Assembly: GCA_965213675.1 (NCBI GenBank)
Contig: OZ243916.1
Coordinates: 1 to 64,000, forward strand
DNA length: 64,000 bases
Direction: 5' to 3'
Origin: an uncultured Candidatus Binatia bacterium
Lineage (GTDB): Bacteria > Desulfobacterota > Binatia > UBA9968 > JAJDTQ01
The notes below the pieces were generated by a model. The model saw only the letters and a list, made by a program, of their open reading frames with translations, was not told the DNA's origin and made no database searches. Positions 48,277 to 58,640 of the stretch are shown in pieces (position 1 is the first letter of the stretch; every line of letters begins with the position of its first letter). The position numbers and the translations under genes were made by a program.

Positions 48277-50859
48277 TCAGAACCCGCGGCTGTAGCGCAT
48301 CAGAAAGGCGGCTTCGCGGGCTCCCCGAACATGTCCAGCGTCGCGCGAAGCCACCACGGCCGTGTGCAGTTCGCCGCCGGCCCACGGCCGGGAGTAGGTG
48401 ACTTCGAGATCGAATTGCCGGCCCGAGGGTTTGAGGTCCACCCGGGCGTGCTCGACTGCGACCCTTCCATCGGGCGTGCGGCCGGACACCCACTGAACCT
48501 GCGCCTGCCCGGCTTCGACCCGCAACGGTTGCGAGAGTCTCATCGCCAGCCGACCACCGGCGTGCCCGATATCGTTGCCCACGAGGCCGAGCGCGAAGGA
48601 GCCGCTGCGGAGTCCAGACAGCGCGCGCACCATGCCATGACGCCGGATCGAGGGTTGGCTCCTGCCCGCGTGGGCGCTTGCGAGCGCACTCCAGGCGCCG
48701 GTCAGGCGGCGATGGGCCGATAGCCCTACGATGCCGGTCTCCGCGCCCAGTGCGCCGAAGGCGCCGTCCGCCCGGCTGCCCGCGAAACCGCGTGTTTCCG
48801 CCAGCCATCCCGCCTGCACGGCGAGGCTGGAGGATGCGGAGGCGCCAAGCCGGTATTCGGTCAGGGCGCCGTGGACCAGACCGGACGCGGGCTCCCGTCG
48901 CTCGCCGTATTGTGCGCTCCCGTGGAAGACGGCGATGCGGAACGCCCCCATGCCCAAGGGGCGCGCGTAGCTCGCGTTGGCGCCATTTCGAGCGAAACTC
49001 AGATACGGATTGGCGAAGGCGCCGTCGTCGGTGAAGGTGCCCGGTTCCATCAAGCCGGCGCGGCCCTCGGCGGCCACGTGCGGCCCGAACTGCCACCCTG
49101 GATGGTTGCGGTATCCGAACGTGAGCTGGCCGCGGCCGGTGTCGGGCGCAAAGGACAGCGATCCGAGCGAGTCGGAGGCGCCGGACCTCCCGCCGCGGCT
49201 GGTGTCCGGGAAACGGCGGGCGCCGGCGTTCACGCGCACGCGGAATTCGGCGCCGGCCAGGCGCCATGAGGCGCCGCGGGGGTCGCGGCCCAACGTGCCG
49301 AGGCGTTCCTCCAGCACGGGCGCGGTCCAGGCGCGGATGTGATGGCGCAGCGGGCGGAAAAACGGCGCATCGAGCGTGTCGAAGCTCGCCACTTCCCGGT
49401 GCGCCAGCGCGCGCGTCAGCGAATCGCCGAAGGCCGCGCCCAATTGAAATGTGCTGGCCAGGCTTGGCGCCGAGGGGCCGGAAAGGGACCGGCCGGCAAG
49501 CAGGCGCGTCTGGCCTACGGGCCGCGTTGCCGCGTCCAGATTCAGGAAGCCCTGTCCGTATATGTCCGAGTCCTGGTACACGCCCTCCTTGTCGGCAGTG
49601 GCGAGAATGCGTTGGACAATCTCGTGGTTGCCAAGCTGTTGGCGGTAGTGCTGTTTGAGCAACGCGATGCCGCCGGTGACGAACGGAGCGGCGGAAGATG
49701 TGCCGCCGTCTTCAAACGTGAGGAAGCATTCCGCGGTACCGCTGGGACATTGGAACTGGGGAACGGGGCCGGTTATGTCCATGCCAGGCGCCGCCAGGCA
49801 GAATTCCTGGGCGATGCCGCACCGGTTGGAGAACGGCGCGATTGTGCCATGCGGGTCGGTGGCCACCACGGCCAGAGAATGACCGAGCAACTCCGGGATT
49901 CGCGCCGGAAGACCGGCGACGATCTCCACCGAAGTCGCGGCCCCGACTTCGTCGTCACCCCCGCTGTTGCCGCCGGCCCACACGTAGATGGTCCGATCCC
50001 GGGCTGGCGTGTGCTCCTGTGCGATTGTGTCGATGACTTCAGGGAATCGCTGGCGCAATGCCTCCTCGCCGACGTCCGCGATGTTCCCGGTCAGGCCGAA
50101 GCTGGCGTTGATTGCCGTGACCTTGCCGTTCAATCGGCGGAAGCCAGATACGATCTGTTCCTGGATGCGTGCTTCGGCCCAAGCCTCGGCCTGTTCCGCA
50201 ATGTCCGTGATGACGAGTTGCTCTTCGGGAGTCGGATTCACGGGGAGTTCTCCGAAGCGTTCCTTCAGACGTTCTTCAAGGCGTTCTTCAAAAATCAGGA
50301 ACTGGTCGGGGAAGCCCACCGAGATCACTTGGGCATCGAAGGCGACCCCGTGAACCGCGTTGGTGGCGTCGGGCGCGGCGCGCCGGTTTGCCGCCATGAT
50401 GCCCCCCACGAATGTTCCATGTCCCAGATCGGTAATACAGGAACCGTCCGGAGCGGTTTCGTGTTCGTTGCAAGTAGTGAAGTCGGGTTCGTAGCCGTTG
50501 GCGTTGTCCGTTTCGAGCTTGCCGGCGAACTTGGGATGACCCGGGTCGACGCCCGTGTCCATGATACCGAGGGTGACGCCCTTGCCGGTGGCGCCGCGCG
50601 CGTAGGCAAAGTGCGCCTTGATCTGCGCCAGTGCGGGCTGATTCCGAAACTCCGGGTGGTCGGCAAATTCCTGCCGCAGCACGTCTTCGGACACGGGTTC
50701 GGGCGCGACGAGGGGAGGAGCGGAGTCGTCCCCGCCGCTGCAACCCGTCATGAACAGAGCGAGAAGCGCCGCCGCCCACGGCATCATCCCCCGCCCATCC
50801 GCTCTGTGAAGCGATCCCGGCGCCTTGCATGTCCCAGTGAAACGCGGTTGTTTGCCCAT
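48277..50859 (-). CDS. Subtilisin-like S8 serine protease, lipoprotein-type N-terminus, autotransporter-like C-terminus
   Basis: AAGGAGG RBS; lipobox MTGC; triad MDTG / HGT / GTSSAAP; FCLAAPG; ends in F. Confidence 0.88.
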   Translation of the reverse strand: MGKQPRFTGTCKAPGSLHRADGRGMMPWAAALLALFMTGCSGGDDSAPPLVAPEPVSEDVLRQEFADHPEFRNQPALAQIKAHFAYARGATGKGVTLGIMDTGVDPGHPKFAGKLETDNANGYEPDFTTCNEHETAPDGSCITDLGHGTFVGGIMAANRRAAPDATNAVHGVAFDAQVISVGFPDQFLIFEERLEERLKERFGELPVNPTPEEQLVITDIAEQAEAWAEARIQEQIVSGFRRLNGKVTAINASFGLTGNIADVGEEALRQRFPEVIDTIAQEHTPARDRTIYVWAGGNSGGDDEVGAATSVEIVAGLPARIPELLGHSLAVVATDPHGTIAPFSNRCGIAQEFCLAAPGMDITGPVPQFQCPSGTAECFLTFEDGGTSSAAPFVTGGIALLKQHYRQQLGNHEIVQRILATADKEGVYQDSDIYGQGFLNLDAATRPVGQTRLLAGRSLSGPSAPSLASTFQLGAAFGDSLTRALAHREVASFDTLDAPFFRPLRHHIRAWTAPVLEERLGTLGRDPRGASWRLAGAEFRVRVNAGARRFPDTSRGGRSGASDSLGSLSFAPDTGRGQLTFGYRNHPGWQFGPHVAAEGRAGLMEPGTFTDDGAFANPYLSFARNGANASYARPLGMGAFRIAVFHGSAQYGERREPASGLVHGALTEYRLGASASSSLAVQAGWLAETRGFAGSRADGAFGALGAETGIVGLSAHRRLTGAWSALASAHAGRSQPSIRRHGMVRALSGLRSGSFALGLVGNDIGHAGGRLAMRLSQPLRVEAGQAQVQWVSGRTPDGRVAVEHARVDLKPSGRQFDLEVTYSRPWAGGELHTAVVASRDAGHVRGAREAAFLMRYSRGF

Positions 50860-51392
50860 GATGCCTCCTTAACCCAATGTTGCAAAAGGCTATGAGTTGA
50901 TGTCGCTATTGCATTCGCAACATGGCCGATGTACGGCAAGCTCCTAGGGTGCCTTCCGGTTCATTCGATAGTCCGCTTCTTTCGTCGTCCTTCATCGGAA
51001 GATGGATTCATACCCGATACGATGGTTGCAAAGGTAGTGCCGGGGCGGGGAATGACGGACAGAGCGTACCGAACTGCCGAATAGCCGCGACACGTGAGGC
51101 GCGGAGACGACCGAGCGCTTTGCCTTGGGGCTTGGCTCGTTCACGGCGCCGAATCGCGGCCAGGTTGCAAGCGGGCTTGCAGCGCATGGTGACGGAGGCA
51201 TCCGCGGGCTGACAGAGCTGACAGGGAGTGACAGAAACGGGCGCCAGTGCTATTGCGTGTGCGAAGAGACCGGTTTGCTCGCAGCGCATGGCATTGGATT
51301 CCATCCGGCGCAGCCGGAACCTGATCGCCGTTCGGTGGCTTGGTGCGCTGAACCAAGCGCTGGCAGGATCTGACGTCCGAGGGGATACACAC

Positions 51393-51884
51393 TTGGCGAA
51401 AGAATTGATCATCGTGCGGCACGCCAAGTCGAGCTGGAAGGAACCCGGTCTCGACGACCGGGAGCGGCCTCTCAACAAGCGCGGCGAGCGGGACGCGCCC
51501 GAGATGGGCGCGCGCCTGGCGCGGCGCCGGCAAAGGCCCGATCTGATCGTGTCGAGTCCGGCGGTACGGGCACTGACGACGGCGCGAATCATCGCCAGGA
51601 AGCTCGGTTACGCGCGCAAGGACATCCTGGTGAAGGAGCGGCTCTACGGCGCCGGCGTCGCCGACTTGCTCGACGTGATTCGCAACGCGGACGAGTCCGT
51701 GGCCACGCTGATGCTGTTCGGGCACAACCCCGGCTTGAGCGAGCTTGCCAATCACCTGGGGCCGCGGCCGATTCCCAACATGCCCACTTGCGGCGTGCTG
51801 CATCTCAGGTTCAACGCGGACGCCTGGGCCGTCGTGGGTTACGCCCGGGGCGACGAGGTGCTGTTCGACTTTCCCAAGGATTGA
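51393..51884 (+). CDS. SixA-like histidine phosphatase
   Basis: VRHAKSSW...ERPL..RG, SSPAVRA and GHNPG motifs; TTG start. Confidence 0.9.
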   Translation: MAKELIIVRHAKSSWKEPGLDDRERPLNKRGERDAPEMGARLARRRQRPDLIVSSPAVRALTTARIIARKLGYARKDILVKERLYGAGVADLLDVIRNADESVATLMLFGHNPGLSELANHLGPRPIPNMPTCGVLHLRFNADAWAVVGYARGDEVLFDFPKD

Positions 51885-51954
51885 TTCCCCACGGGCACTC
51901 CACTTTTCTCAACTCTGCCGTCACGAATTTGTCGAGCGTGCCCGATGTGAGGAT

Positions 51955-52258
51955 ATCACCGTCAGGTCGCCGATCTTCGCGTGCAGCTCCCGTATCTATC
52001 CCTCGTGCTCCCCTCGTGCCCGCTCCGCTCCCTTTGTGAACACCTCCTTCATCCCCTCCACCGCCCGCTGCTTTCACGTGCTCACCGGTTCGGATGAACC
52101 TTGTGCCGCACAGCGATCTCCTGGATCGTCTTGTCCCCCCGCAGCGCCTCCAGCGCTTGGCCTTGAAGTCCCCGCTGAATCGCGGTCTCGTGCTCATTGC
52201 GTATCCCTGTCGGTGGAATACACCTTGGCAACCTGTCCGTTTTTCCGGGACCACCACA
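51955..52258 (-). mobile_element. IS3-family remnant: left inverted repeat plus frameshifted orfA
   Basis: Terminus TGTGGTGGTCCCGGAAAAACGGACA; orfA pieces MSTRPRFSGDFKAK / LEALRGDKTIQEIA.RHKVHPN / IRELHAKIGDLTV with frameshifts and stops; no orfB. Confidence 0.75.
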
Positions 52259-52259
52259 C

Positions 52260-52424
52260 CTAGTGTGGTGTCTGGATAATTCGGGTCATAATCTGCGGGT
52301 CTTTTTCGCCGTCGGCTGCGTTGCTCTTCCTCGCGTGGTACACGCCACTGCTCGTCATCGCGCCTTGCCGACGACAAAAAATCCTCCGCAGATTATGACC
52401 CGAATTAACCAGACACCACACTAG
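52260..52424. mobile_element. MITE family A (165 bp including both CTAG ends)
   Basis: Near-identical to 33528-33692; the right CTAG contains the TAG stop of the M16 gene. Confidence 0.9.
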
Positions 52425-53740
52425 TGCTTCAGGGCCGCCTTGTGGAGGTTGCCGACCACTGTGAGGATGAGCTTGTCCGGTTGCAGATACTTCAGGGCGA
52501 CCCGCTGGATGTCCTCGGTGGTGACTTGCCGGACCAACTCCGGATAGCGGTCGGCGTAGTCCAGTCCCAGGTCGAGATACTCCACCTGTCCCAGAAATCC
52601 GGCGATGTCGCCGTTGGTCTCCAGACCCAGGGCGAAGTTGCCGGTAAGGTAGCTTTTGGCGTCCGCCAGTTCCTCTTCGGTGACGCTGTCGCGTCGGATG
52701 CGCTCGATTTCGGCCGTGGCGGTGGCGATGGCTTCACCGGCGCTCTCGTTGCGGGTCTGCATGGCCAACTGGAAGCGCCCGGTCTCCTTGCCCGCGAGGA
52801 AGTAGCTGTAGACGGAATAGGCCAGGCCGCGCTGGTTGCGGATGCTGTCCCCGAGCCGCGACGAGAGACTGCCGCCGCCCAGGATATGGTTCATCACGCG
52901 GATGGCGTAGTGGTCGGGGTTGGAACGGAGCGGCCCCTCGTGTCCCATGATGATGGTGGACTGGGTGAGGTTGCGGTCGATCTTGATCACGGTTCGTTTC
53001 GGCGGCTGCAAGGTCACGGGTGCGTCCGGGGCGCCGTCGCTCTTTTTCCAGTCCGCCAGAACCCCGGCGAGCCTTCCCTTCATTTCCTCGTGGGTGACGT
53101 CGCCCACGGCTACGAGAATGGCGCGGTCGGGACGATAGTAACGCCGGTGGAAGTCCACCACCGCGTCGCGGTCCAGGCCCTGGACCGAGTCCGAAGAGCC
53201 CTCCACCGGGCGGCCGTAGAAACTGCCCGGGTAGAGGGCGGCGCGAAACGCCTCCCGGGCGATGGCCCCGGGGCGGTCGCGCTTGGCCCGGATGGTGGCC
53301 CGGAGGGACTGTTTCGTGCGCTCCAGTTCCTTCTCGGGGAACGACGGCTCGGTCAGCGCCTCGCCCACGAGCGCCAGTCCGGTGTCCAGATCCCTCTTCA
53401 GGATGCTCAGGGTCACCGTGGCCAGTTCGCGGCCGGCATCGGTGCTCAGGTGGGCGCCCATGCCCTCCACAAGGCCGCTGATGGCCATGGAGTCGCGCGT
53501 GGGCGTACCCCGGGTCAGAAGCCGCGAGGTGAGGTTGGCCAAGCCGTGCCCGCCCGCGGGGTCGTAGCGCGATCCGGCGCGGATCAGCAGTTGCACGGAG
53601 ACGATGGGCAGCGCGGGCTGCTCCGAAGTCACCAGCACCATCCCGTTGGGGAGGCTCTCGCGTTGGGCGTTCATGGCGGCGAAGGCGGCGGCCTGCGGCG
53701 CCAGAATCAGGCACAGCAGAAGCGGCAGCCAGCGTTTCAT
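52421..53740 (-). CDS. M16 peptidase, non-catalytic partner subunit
   Basis: GLANLT replaces HxxEH; SRL...IR..RGLAY motif; overlaps its partner gene by 4 bp. Confidence 0.9.
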   Translation of the reverse strand: MKRWLPLLLCLILAPQAAAFAAMNAQRESLPNGMVLVTSEQPALPIVSVQLLIRAGSRYDPAGGHGLANLTSRLLTRGTPTRDSMAISGLVEGMGAHLSTDAGRELATVTLSILKRDLDTGLALVGEALTEPSFPEKELERTKQSLRATIRAKRDRPGAIAREAFRAALYPGSFYGRPVEGSSDSVQGLDRDAVVDFHRRYYRPDRAILVAVGDVTHEEMKGRLAGVLADWKKSDGAPDAPVTLQPPKRTVIKIDRNLTQSTIIMGHEGPLRSNPDHYAIRVMNHILGGGSLSSRLGDSIRNQRGLAYSVYSYFLAGKETGRFQLAMQTRNESAGEAIATATAEIERIRRDSVTEEELADAKSYLTGNFALGLETNGDIAGFLGQVEYLDLGLDYADRYPELVRQVTTEDIQRVALKYLQPDKLILTVVGNLHKAALKH

Positions 53741-55074
53741 GAGCGTTGCCTCGGCTGCGGAACCAGGACTCCCACGGTACGGCGGTCTGGATCCAGGTAC
53801 TTTCGCGCCACCCGCTGGACGTCCTCGGTGGTGACCCCCTGAATGCCTCCAAGGTACTCGTTCATCCGGCGCCACCCGCCGGTCAGCTCATGGAAGCCGA
53901 CGCGCATGGCCTGGCCCCGGTTGGATTCCTGGGCGAAGATGAAGCTCGCCGCCACCTGGTTCCTGGCCTTGTCGAGTTCCGCCTGGGTGACGCCCTCGTC
54001 CCGCACCCCACCGGTCACCTCATCGATGGCCCTTTCCACCTCGGCAATGTCCTGGCCCGGCATGGCCTGGGCGCCGAAGGTGAAGGTGGTGGGATCGATG
54101 GAAACCCGGTGATAGCCTGCGTAGGCGTAGCGCGCGATGCGCCGATCGTACACCAGTTCCCGGTGGAGACGCGACGTGCGCCCGCGTGACAGGATCATTT
54201 CCAGCACGTCCAGGGCATAGCTGTCCGGGTGGCCCACCTCGGGCACATGGTATTGCATCATCACCGCGGGCAACTCCGCTTCCTTTTTGAACCGTACGCG
54301 CCGTTCGCCGCGTTGCGGCGGCTCGGTGAGCCCCACCTCGGGTGGCTCCGGCCCCGCTGGGATGCTGCCGAAATGCTTGCGGATCCGTGCCAGGATCTCC
54401 TCGCTGTCGAAGCCCCCGGCCACCACGATGAAGGCGTTGTTGGGTATGTACCAGGTTCGATAGAAGTCCCTGAGATCCTCCACGGTCATGCGCTCGATGT
54501 CCTCCGGCCAGCCGATGATGGGGCGGCGGTAGGGATGCACGGCGTAGGTTACGGCGTTGGTGATTTCCGCCAGGGCGGCGCGCGGGCGGTCGTCGGTGCG
54601 CTGCCGCCGTTCTTCCTGCACCACCTTCTTTTCGGGCTTGAAGTGGACCTCTTCCAGGCGCGCGTTGGCCATGCGGTCGCCCTCGAGTTCGATGGCGACG
54701 CCGATGGATTCCCGGCTCATGGTGGCGTGGTACACGGTGGCGTCGCGGGAGGTGAAGGCGTTGGAGCGGCCGCCGTTTTTCTGGATGATGCGGGCGTATT
54801 CCTCGGGCGCCACCTTGTCGGTGCCCTTGAACATCATGTGCTCGAGAAAGTGGGCGATGCCGCTTTTGCCGTCCACCTCGTTACGCGAGCCCACGCGGTA
54901 CCACACCTGGAAGGTAACCGCGGGGCTCCGGTGGTTCTCCAGCAGCAGCACCTTGAGGCCGTTGTCGAGGACTTCCTCACGGATGTCCACCATTCCCTTG
55001 GGTGCCGTCGCCCCGGCCACGGCCGGGAGCAGGGTGAGCAGGGTGATGCCAGCGAGGCGATGTGTCCATACCAT
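53737..55074 (-). CDS. M16 (pitrilysin-like) zinc peptidase, catalytic subunit
   Basis: GIAHFLEHMMFKGT, NAFT and V.EERR motifs. Confidence 0.93.
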   Translation of the reverse strand: MVWTHRLAGITLLTLLPAVAGATAPKGMVDIREEVLDNGLKVLLLENHRSPAVTFQVWYRVGSRNEVDGKSGIAHFLEHMMFKGTDKVAPEEYARIIQKNGGRSNAFTSRDATVYHATMSRESIGVAIELEGDRMANARLEEVHFKPEKKVVQEERRQRTDDRPRAALAEITNAVTYAVHPYRRPIIGWPEDIERMTVEDLRDFYRTWYIPNNAFIVVAGGFDSEEILARIRKHFGSIPAGPEPPEVGLTEPPQRGERRVRFKKEAELPAVMMQYHVPEVGHPDSYALDVLEMILSRGRTSRLHRELVYDRRIARYAYAGYHRVSIDPTTFTFGAQAMPGQDIAEVERAIDEVTGGVRDEGVTQAELDKARNQVAASFIFAQESNRGQAMRVGFHELTGGWRRMNEYLGGIQGVTTEDVQRVARKYLDPDRRTVGVLVPQPRQRS

Positions 55075-55161
55075 GACTTTGAGAATATCGGGCACGCGAG
55101 GCGGGCGCAACAGCGCTCCCGGCGCCGGCATCGCCCCGGCTTCCCGCCCTCCGCGCCGGCT

Positions 55162-56202
55162 TCAACGCCCGTTGGCTGCGGCCGCGCGGCGCGGTATCAG
55201 CGCACCGAGTCCGTGGCGCCGCATCCGTTCGATAAAGGTGGTGCGGTTCAGACCCAACAGGTTTGCGGCGGCTGTCTTGTTGCCGTCGACACGCTCCAGT
55301 GCCTGAAGCATCATTTCGTGTTGGAACCGGCCAATGCATTGATCGATGTCGATGCCGTCGCCGGGCAGGATGAACTCGGGCAGCAACGTGGCGTCCCCGG
55401 ACGACTTCAGGTATCCCGAGAGTTCGGGCACATCCTGGGCGCGGATCTCCGAATGGTCCGTGAGGGTGACCAGCCGCTCGATGAGGTTCTCCATTTCCCG
55501 CACGTTGCCCGGCCAGTCATAGGCCTGCAGGCGCGTCACCGCGGCCTCCTCGATGGTCCGTGGAGGGTTGCCGCTGTAACGTTTCAAGAAATGTTGAATC
55601 AAGGGAGGGATGTCCTCCCGACGCGCCCGCAAGGGAGGGAGTTCCAGGGCAAGGATGGCCAGCCGATAATACAGGTCCTCGCGGAACAGTCCTGCCGGGA
55701 TGGCTTCCCGCAGGTCACGATTGGTGGCGGCGACGAAACGCGCGTTGGTGCGTGTGGCGACGTCGCTACCCAACGGATTGAATTCGCGCTCTTGAAGGAC
55801 GCGCAACAGCTTGGCCTGAAGCCTGGGAGTGATCTCGCCGATCTCGTCCAGGAAAATGGTTCCTTCCTTGGCGGTCATGAAACGTCCCGACCGGGATTGC
55901 TGTGCGCCGGTAAAGGCGCCTCGGACATGGCCGAACAGCTCGTTCTCCAACAGATCCTCGGGTATGGCGCCGCAGTTGACGGCTATGAACGGCTCGTCCG
56001 CGCGCTTGCTGCGGTCGTGAATGGTCCTGGCAATGAGCTCCTTGCCGGTACCGCTCTCGCCGGTGATGAGGACCGTCGAATCGCTCGCGGCGATCCTCAG
56101 GGTGAGATCGAAGACGCGCTGCATGGCGTCACTCTGCCCGATCATGGAACCGAACGTGTCACAGAGAGGTTCGCCCATTGGCTGATGGTTCGTTTGCTCC
56201 AT
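55162..56202 (-). CDS. Sigma-54-dependent transcriptional activator (AAA+ and Fis HTH, no regulatory domain)
   Basis: [33 protein letters not shown] and GNKTAAA.LLG motifs. Confidence 0.93.
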   Translation of the reverse strand: MEQTNHQPMGEPLCDTFGSMIGQSDAMQRVFDLTLRIAASDSTVLITGESGTGKELIARTIHDRSKRADEPFIAVNCGAIPEDLLENELFGHVRGAFTGAQQSRSGRFMTAKEGTIFLDEIGEITPRLQAKLLRVLQEREFNPLGSDVATRTNARFVAATNRDLREAIPAGLFREDLYYRLAILALELPPLRARREDIPPLIQHFLKRYSGNPPRTIEEAAVTRLQAYDWPGNVREMENLIERLVTLTDHSEIRAQDVPELSGYLKSSGDATLLPEFILPGDGIDIDQCIGRFQHEMMLQALERVDGNKTAAANLLGLNRTTFIERMRRHGLGALIPRRAAAANGR

Positions 56203-56341
56203 TCTTGTCTCCCAAGTTTAATACTATCTGTACAATATTGATATGGAATGCAAACGGCGGGCCAAGGCGGTTCGTTGTGCCCTTGCTGAAATTTTGCTCC
56301 ATGCATGAAGAAAGGAGGGTTCGCCGCGTTTTCTCGGAGGA

Positions 56342-56366
56342 GGGTTGTCAATACTATGACAATCCC
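56342..56366. promoter_or_regulatory. Inverted repeat, candidate transcription-factor or enhancer site
   Basis: GGGTTGTCA-ATACTA-TGACAATCCC in the AT-rich divergent intergenic region. Confidence 0.5.
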
Positions 56367-56572
56367 TTTCCTTTGAAACTTGAGGTATGCTGGCTAACGG
56401 TTGGGACTAGCGTATCCTCCGGGTGTCATGATGCTGACAAGTGATCGTCGAATTTGCGCCGAGACAAGGCGCCATCCGTGTAAATCGGGGCCGTTGGGCG
56501 GCGGCCGGCGCTTGCTTGAAATGGCGGAACGGGGCAGTAAACTGAAAACCTTGCCGTGAGGAGCGTGGCTTG

Positions 56573-57460
56573 ATGAGTGAACCAGACCGCAAGTCGGCGA
56601 CTGCTGCCGGCGCGAAGAGCGTACCCCCTGTCCCCCTCACTTTGGAGGGCTGGAGCATTCTCCACCAGATGTTCCGCATCCGCTGGCCGGAGTGGAACGC
56701 CGTGGCCCCGGCGCCCCATCAGCGAGCCGTGGACGAGGCCGTCACGGTGCTCAAGGCGATGGAGCAAACCGCGGACGGCCGCACGGGGCTGGTGTCGCTC
56801 CTGGGCCACAAGGGCGACTTGATGCTGATCCACTTCCGGGACTCGATGGACGCCCTGAACGAGGCCGAGCTGGCGCTGGCCCAACTCAAGCTGGCGCCCT
56901 TCCTGGAGCCAACCACCTCGTATCTCTCGGTGGTGGAGTTGGGCCTCTACAGCGCCTCGGGCCAGCTCTACCGCTCACTGCAAGAGAAAGGCGTTGCAAA
57001 CGATACGCCGGAGTGGAAGGAGCAGGTGGACGCCTATCTGGCCCAGGCGCGCATGACCATGAAGGATCGCCTGCGGCCCGACATCCCCCCACGCCGCTAC
57101 GTCTGTTTCTACCCCATGGACAAGAAGCGTGGGGAGGCCAGGAACTGGTATGACGCGCCCTTCGCCGAGCGTCAGAGGATGATGGCGGACCACGGCTTCA
57201 TCGGCCGGCGTTACGCCGGCCGGGTGATCCAGGTCATCTCCGGTTCCATCGGTTTTGACGACTGGGAGTGGGGCGTGGACCTATTCGCGGACGATCCGGT
57301 GGTGTTCAAGAAGCTGATCTACGAGATGCGCTTCGACGAGGCCAGCGCGCTCTACGGCCTGTTCGGGCCGTTCTACCTGGGGCTGCAGTTCCGGGCGGAG
57401 GCGCTGGGGGCGTTGCTGGAGGGGCGGACGCCGGGGTTCGGGACGGATCCCGCTGCGTGA
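56573..57460 (+). CDS. hemQ: Coproheme decarboxylase (HemQ/ChdC, chlorite-dismutase fold)
   Basis: TLEGW..LHQMF, GHKGDLM, SYLSVVELG.Y, FYPMDK.R, MM..HG.IGR.Y and WEWGV.LFADD motifs. Confidence 0.9.
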   Translation: MSEPDRKSATAAGAKSVPPVPLTLEGWSILHQMFRIRWPEWNAVAPAPHQRAVDEAVTVLKAMEQTADGRTGLVSLLGHKGDLMLIHFRDSMDALNEAELALAQLKLAPFLEPTTSYLSVVELGLYSASGQLYRSLQEKGVANDTPEWKEQVDAYLAQARMTMKDRLRPDIPPRRYVCFYPMDKKRGEARNWYDAPFAERQRMMADHGFIGRRYAGRVIQVISGSIGFDDWEWGVDLFADDPVVFKKLIYEMRFDEASALYGLFGPFYLGLQFRAEALGALLEGRTPGFGTDPAA

Positions 57461-57505
57461 CAAGCTTCCGTTACATGGTTGGCGGCGCTCTCAGGCCCAA
57501 CCGCA

Positions 57506-58549
57506 TCAGAACTCGATCCCGATCTCCCTTGCACTCGCCAGGTTGAAGATTCGGCTGGCGATGGCGATGTCGGCGACGCCCTGTCCCGCGTTGTTCTTGA
57601 ACAGGGTAATCTGGTCCGGTGAGGTGCGCCCGGGGATCCGGCCCGTCAACAGATCGCTCAGATTGCCGACCTGGTCCCACTGGAGGATGCCTTTCTCCAC
57701 GGGCTCGTAGAAGTCTCCCTGCTGGTCCTGGATGGCCTGCTCGCGGGAGTTGGCGACGATGACGTCGGCGCGCTGCACGGTGGTGTCGTCGATCTCGCGG
57801 CGCCTTTGCTTGATGAGGCCGGCGTTCATGAGGCCGACGTTGCCGCCCACGATGGAAGTGACGTGCATGCCGGGCTCGAGCCACACGCCGTCGAACACCG
57901 GCACGTTGGAGTTGGTGGCGGTGAGTACCACGTCGGCGCCCTGGACGGCTTCCCGGGGGCTGTCCGCCGGGACGATCTCGCACGGCACCAGCGGCTGCAT
58001 CTCCTCGCAGAAAGCGGCGCGGCTCTCGGGGGTGCGGCAGAAGAGCTGCACCCGCTTGAAGGAACGGATGGCGGCGAAGGCCAGCAGGTGGTACTTGGCT
58101 TCGGCGCCGGCGCCGAGGAGGGCGAGCACCGCAGCGTCTTCACGTGCCATGTGGCGGGTGCCCACAGCGCTCGTGGCGGATGTGCGCAGTTGCGTGGCGC
58201 GGGTGGCGGGCACGCTCGCCACGCCGAAGCGGCCCACCAGCACCCCTTTCAGGGAAGAGTCTTTGGTGTCGAACAGCACCACGCACGGGCGCCCCGCGTG
58301 GTCGTAGGTCTGGTTCTCCGTGGACGCGGCCACGAACTCCGAGTGGGCCAGCACGCCGATGCCGCCCAGGCTGGGCACGCCGCCGGGATGCACGCTCACC
58401 CGCGCGCCTTCCCGGGTCATGACCCTGCGCCGTGGCGCGTTGAGTTCCGCGTTGTCCCCCAACTCCTGGAAGCCCGCCTCCACGGCGTCGATGGCTTCCT
58501 CCATGGTGATGACTTCGGCCGCGTCCTCGGCCCGGATCAGTAGCGCCAC
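57506..58549 (-). CDS. Ornithine cyclodeaminase/mu-crystallin family (imine reductase/alanine dehydrogenase-like)
   Basis: T.LRT.A.SAV, LGAGAEA, DVVLTAT and GRTS..QITLFK motifs. Confidence 0.9.
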   Translation of the reverse strand: MALLIRAEDAAEVITMEEAIDAVEAGFQELGDNAELNAPRRRVMTREGARVSVHPGGVPSLGGIGVLAHSEFVAASTENQTYDHAGRPCVVLFDTKDSSLKGVLVGRFGVASVPATRATQLRTSATSAVGTRHMAREDAAVLALLGAGAEAKYHLLAFAAIRSFKRVQLFCRTPESRAAFCEEMQPLVPCEIVPADSPREAVQGADVVLTATNSNVPVFDGVWLEPGMHVTSIVGGNVGLMNAGLIKQRRREIDDTTVQRADVIVANSREQAIQDQQGDFYEPVEKGILQWDQVGNLSDLLTGRIPGRTSPDQITLFKNNAGQGVADIAIASRIFNLASAREIGIEF

Positions 58550-58640
58550 TTCGTTTCAGTCCTTTCAGGGGTTGCGCGCGCGGCGACCGGTTCGACCATG
58601 ACGTTGATGGATGAATCAACACGCAGTGCTTCGCGCGCGC

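Noticed and set aside
56244-56258. Sigma-54 -24/-12 promoter (TGGAATGCAAACGGC)
   Set aside because: Only the GG-N10-GC spacing matches; it is too far from TGGCAC-N5-TTGC to call
56573-57460. Functional chlorite dismutase
   Set aside because: Motifs (TLEGW, YPMDK, WEWGV) fit HemQ/ChdC, and there is no signal peptide or chlorate-reduction gene nearby
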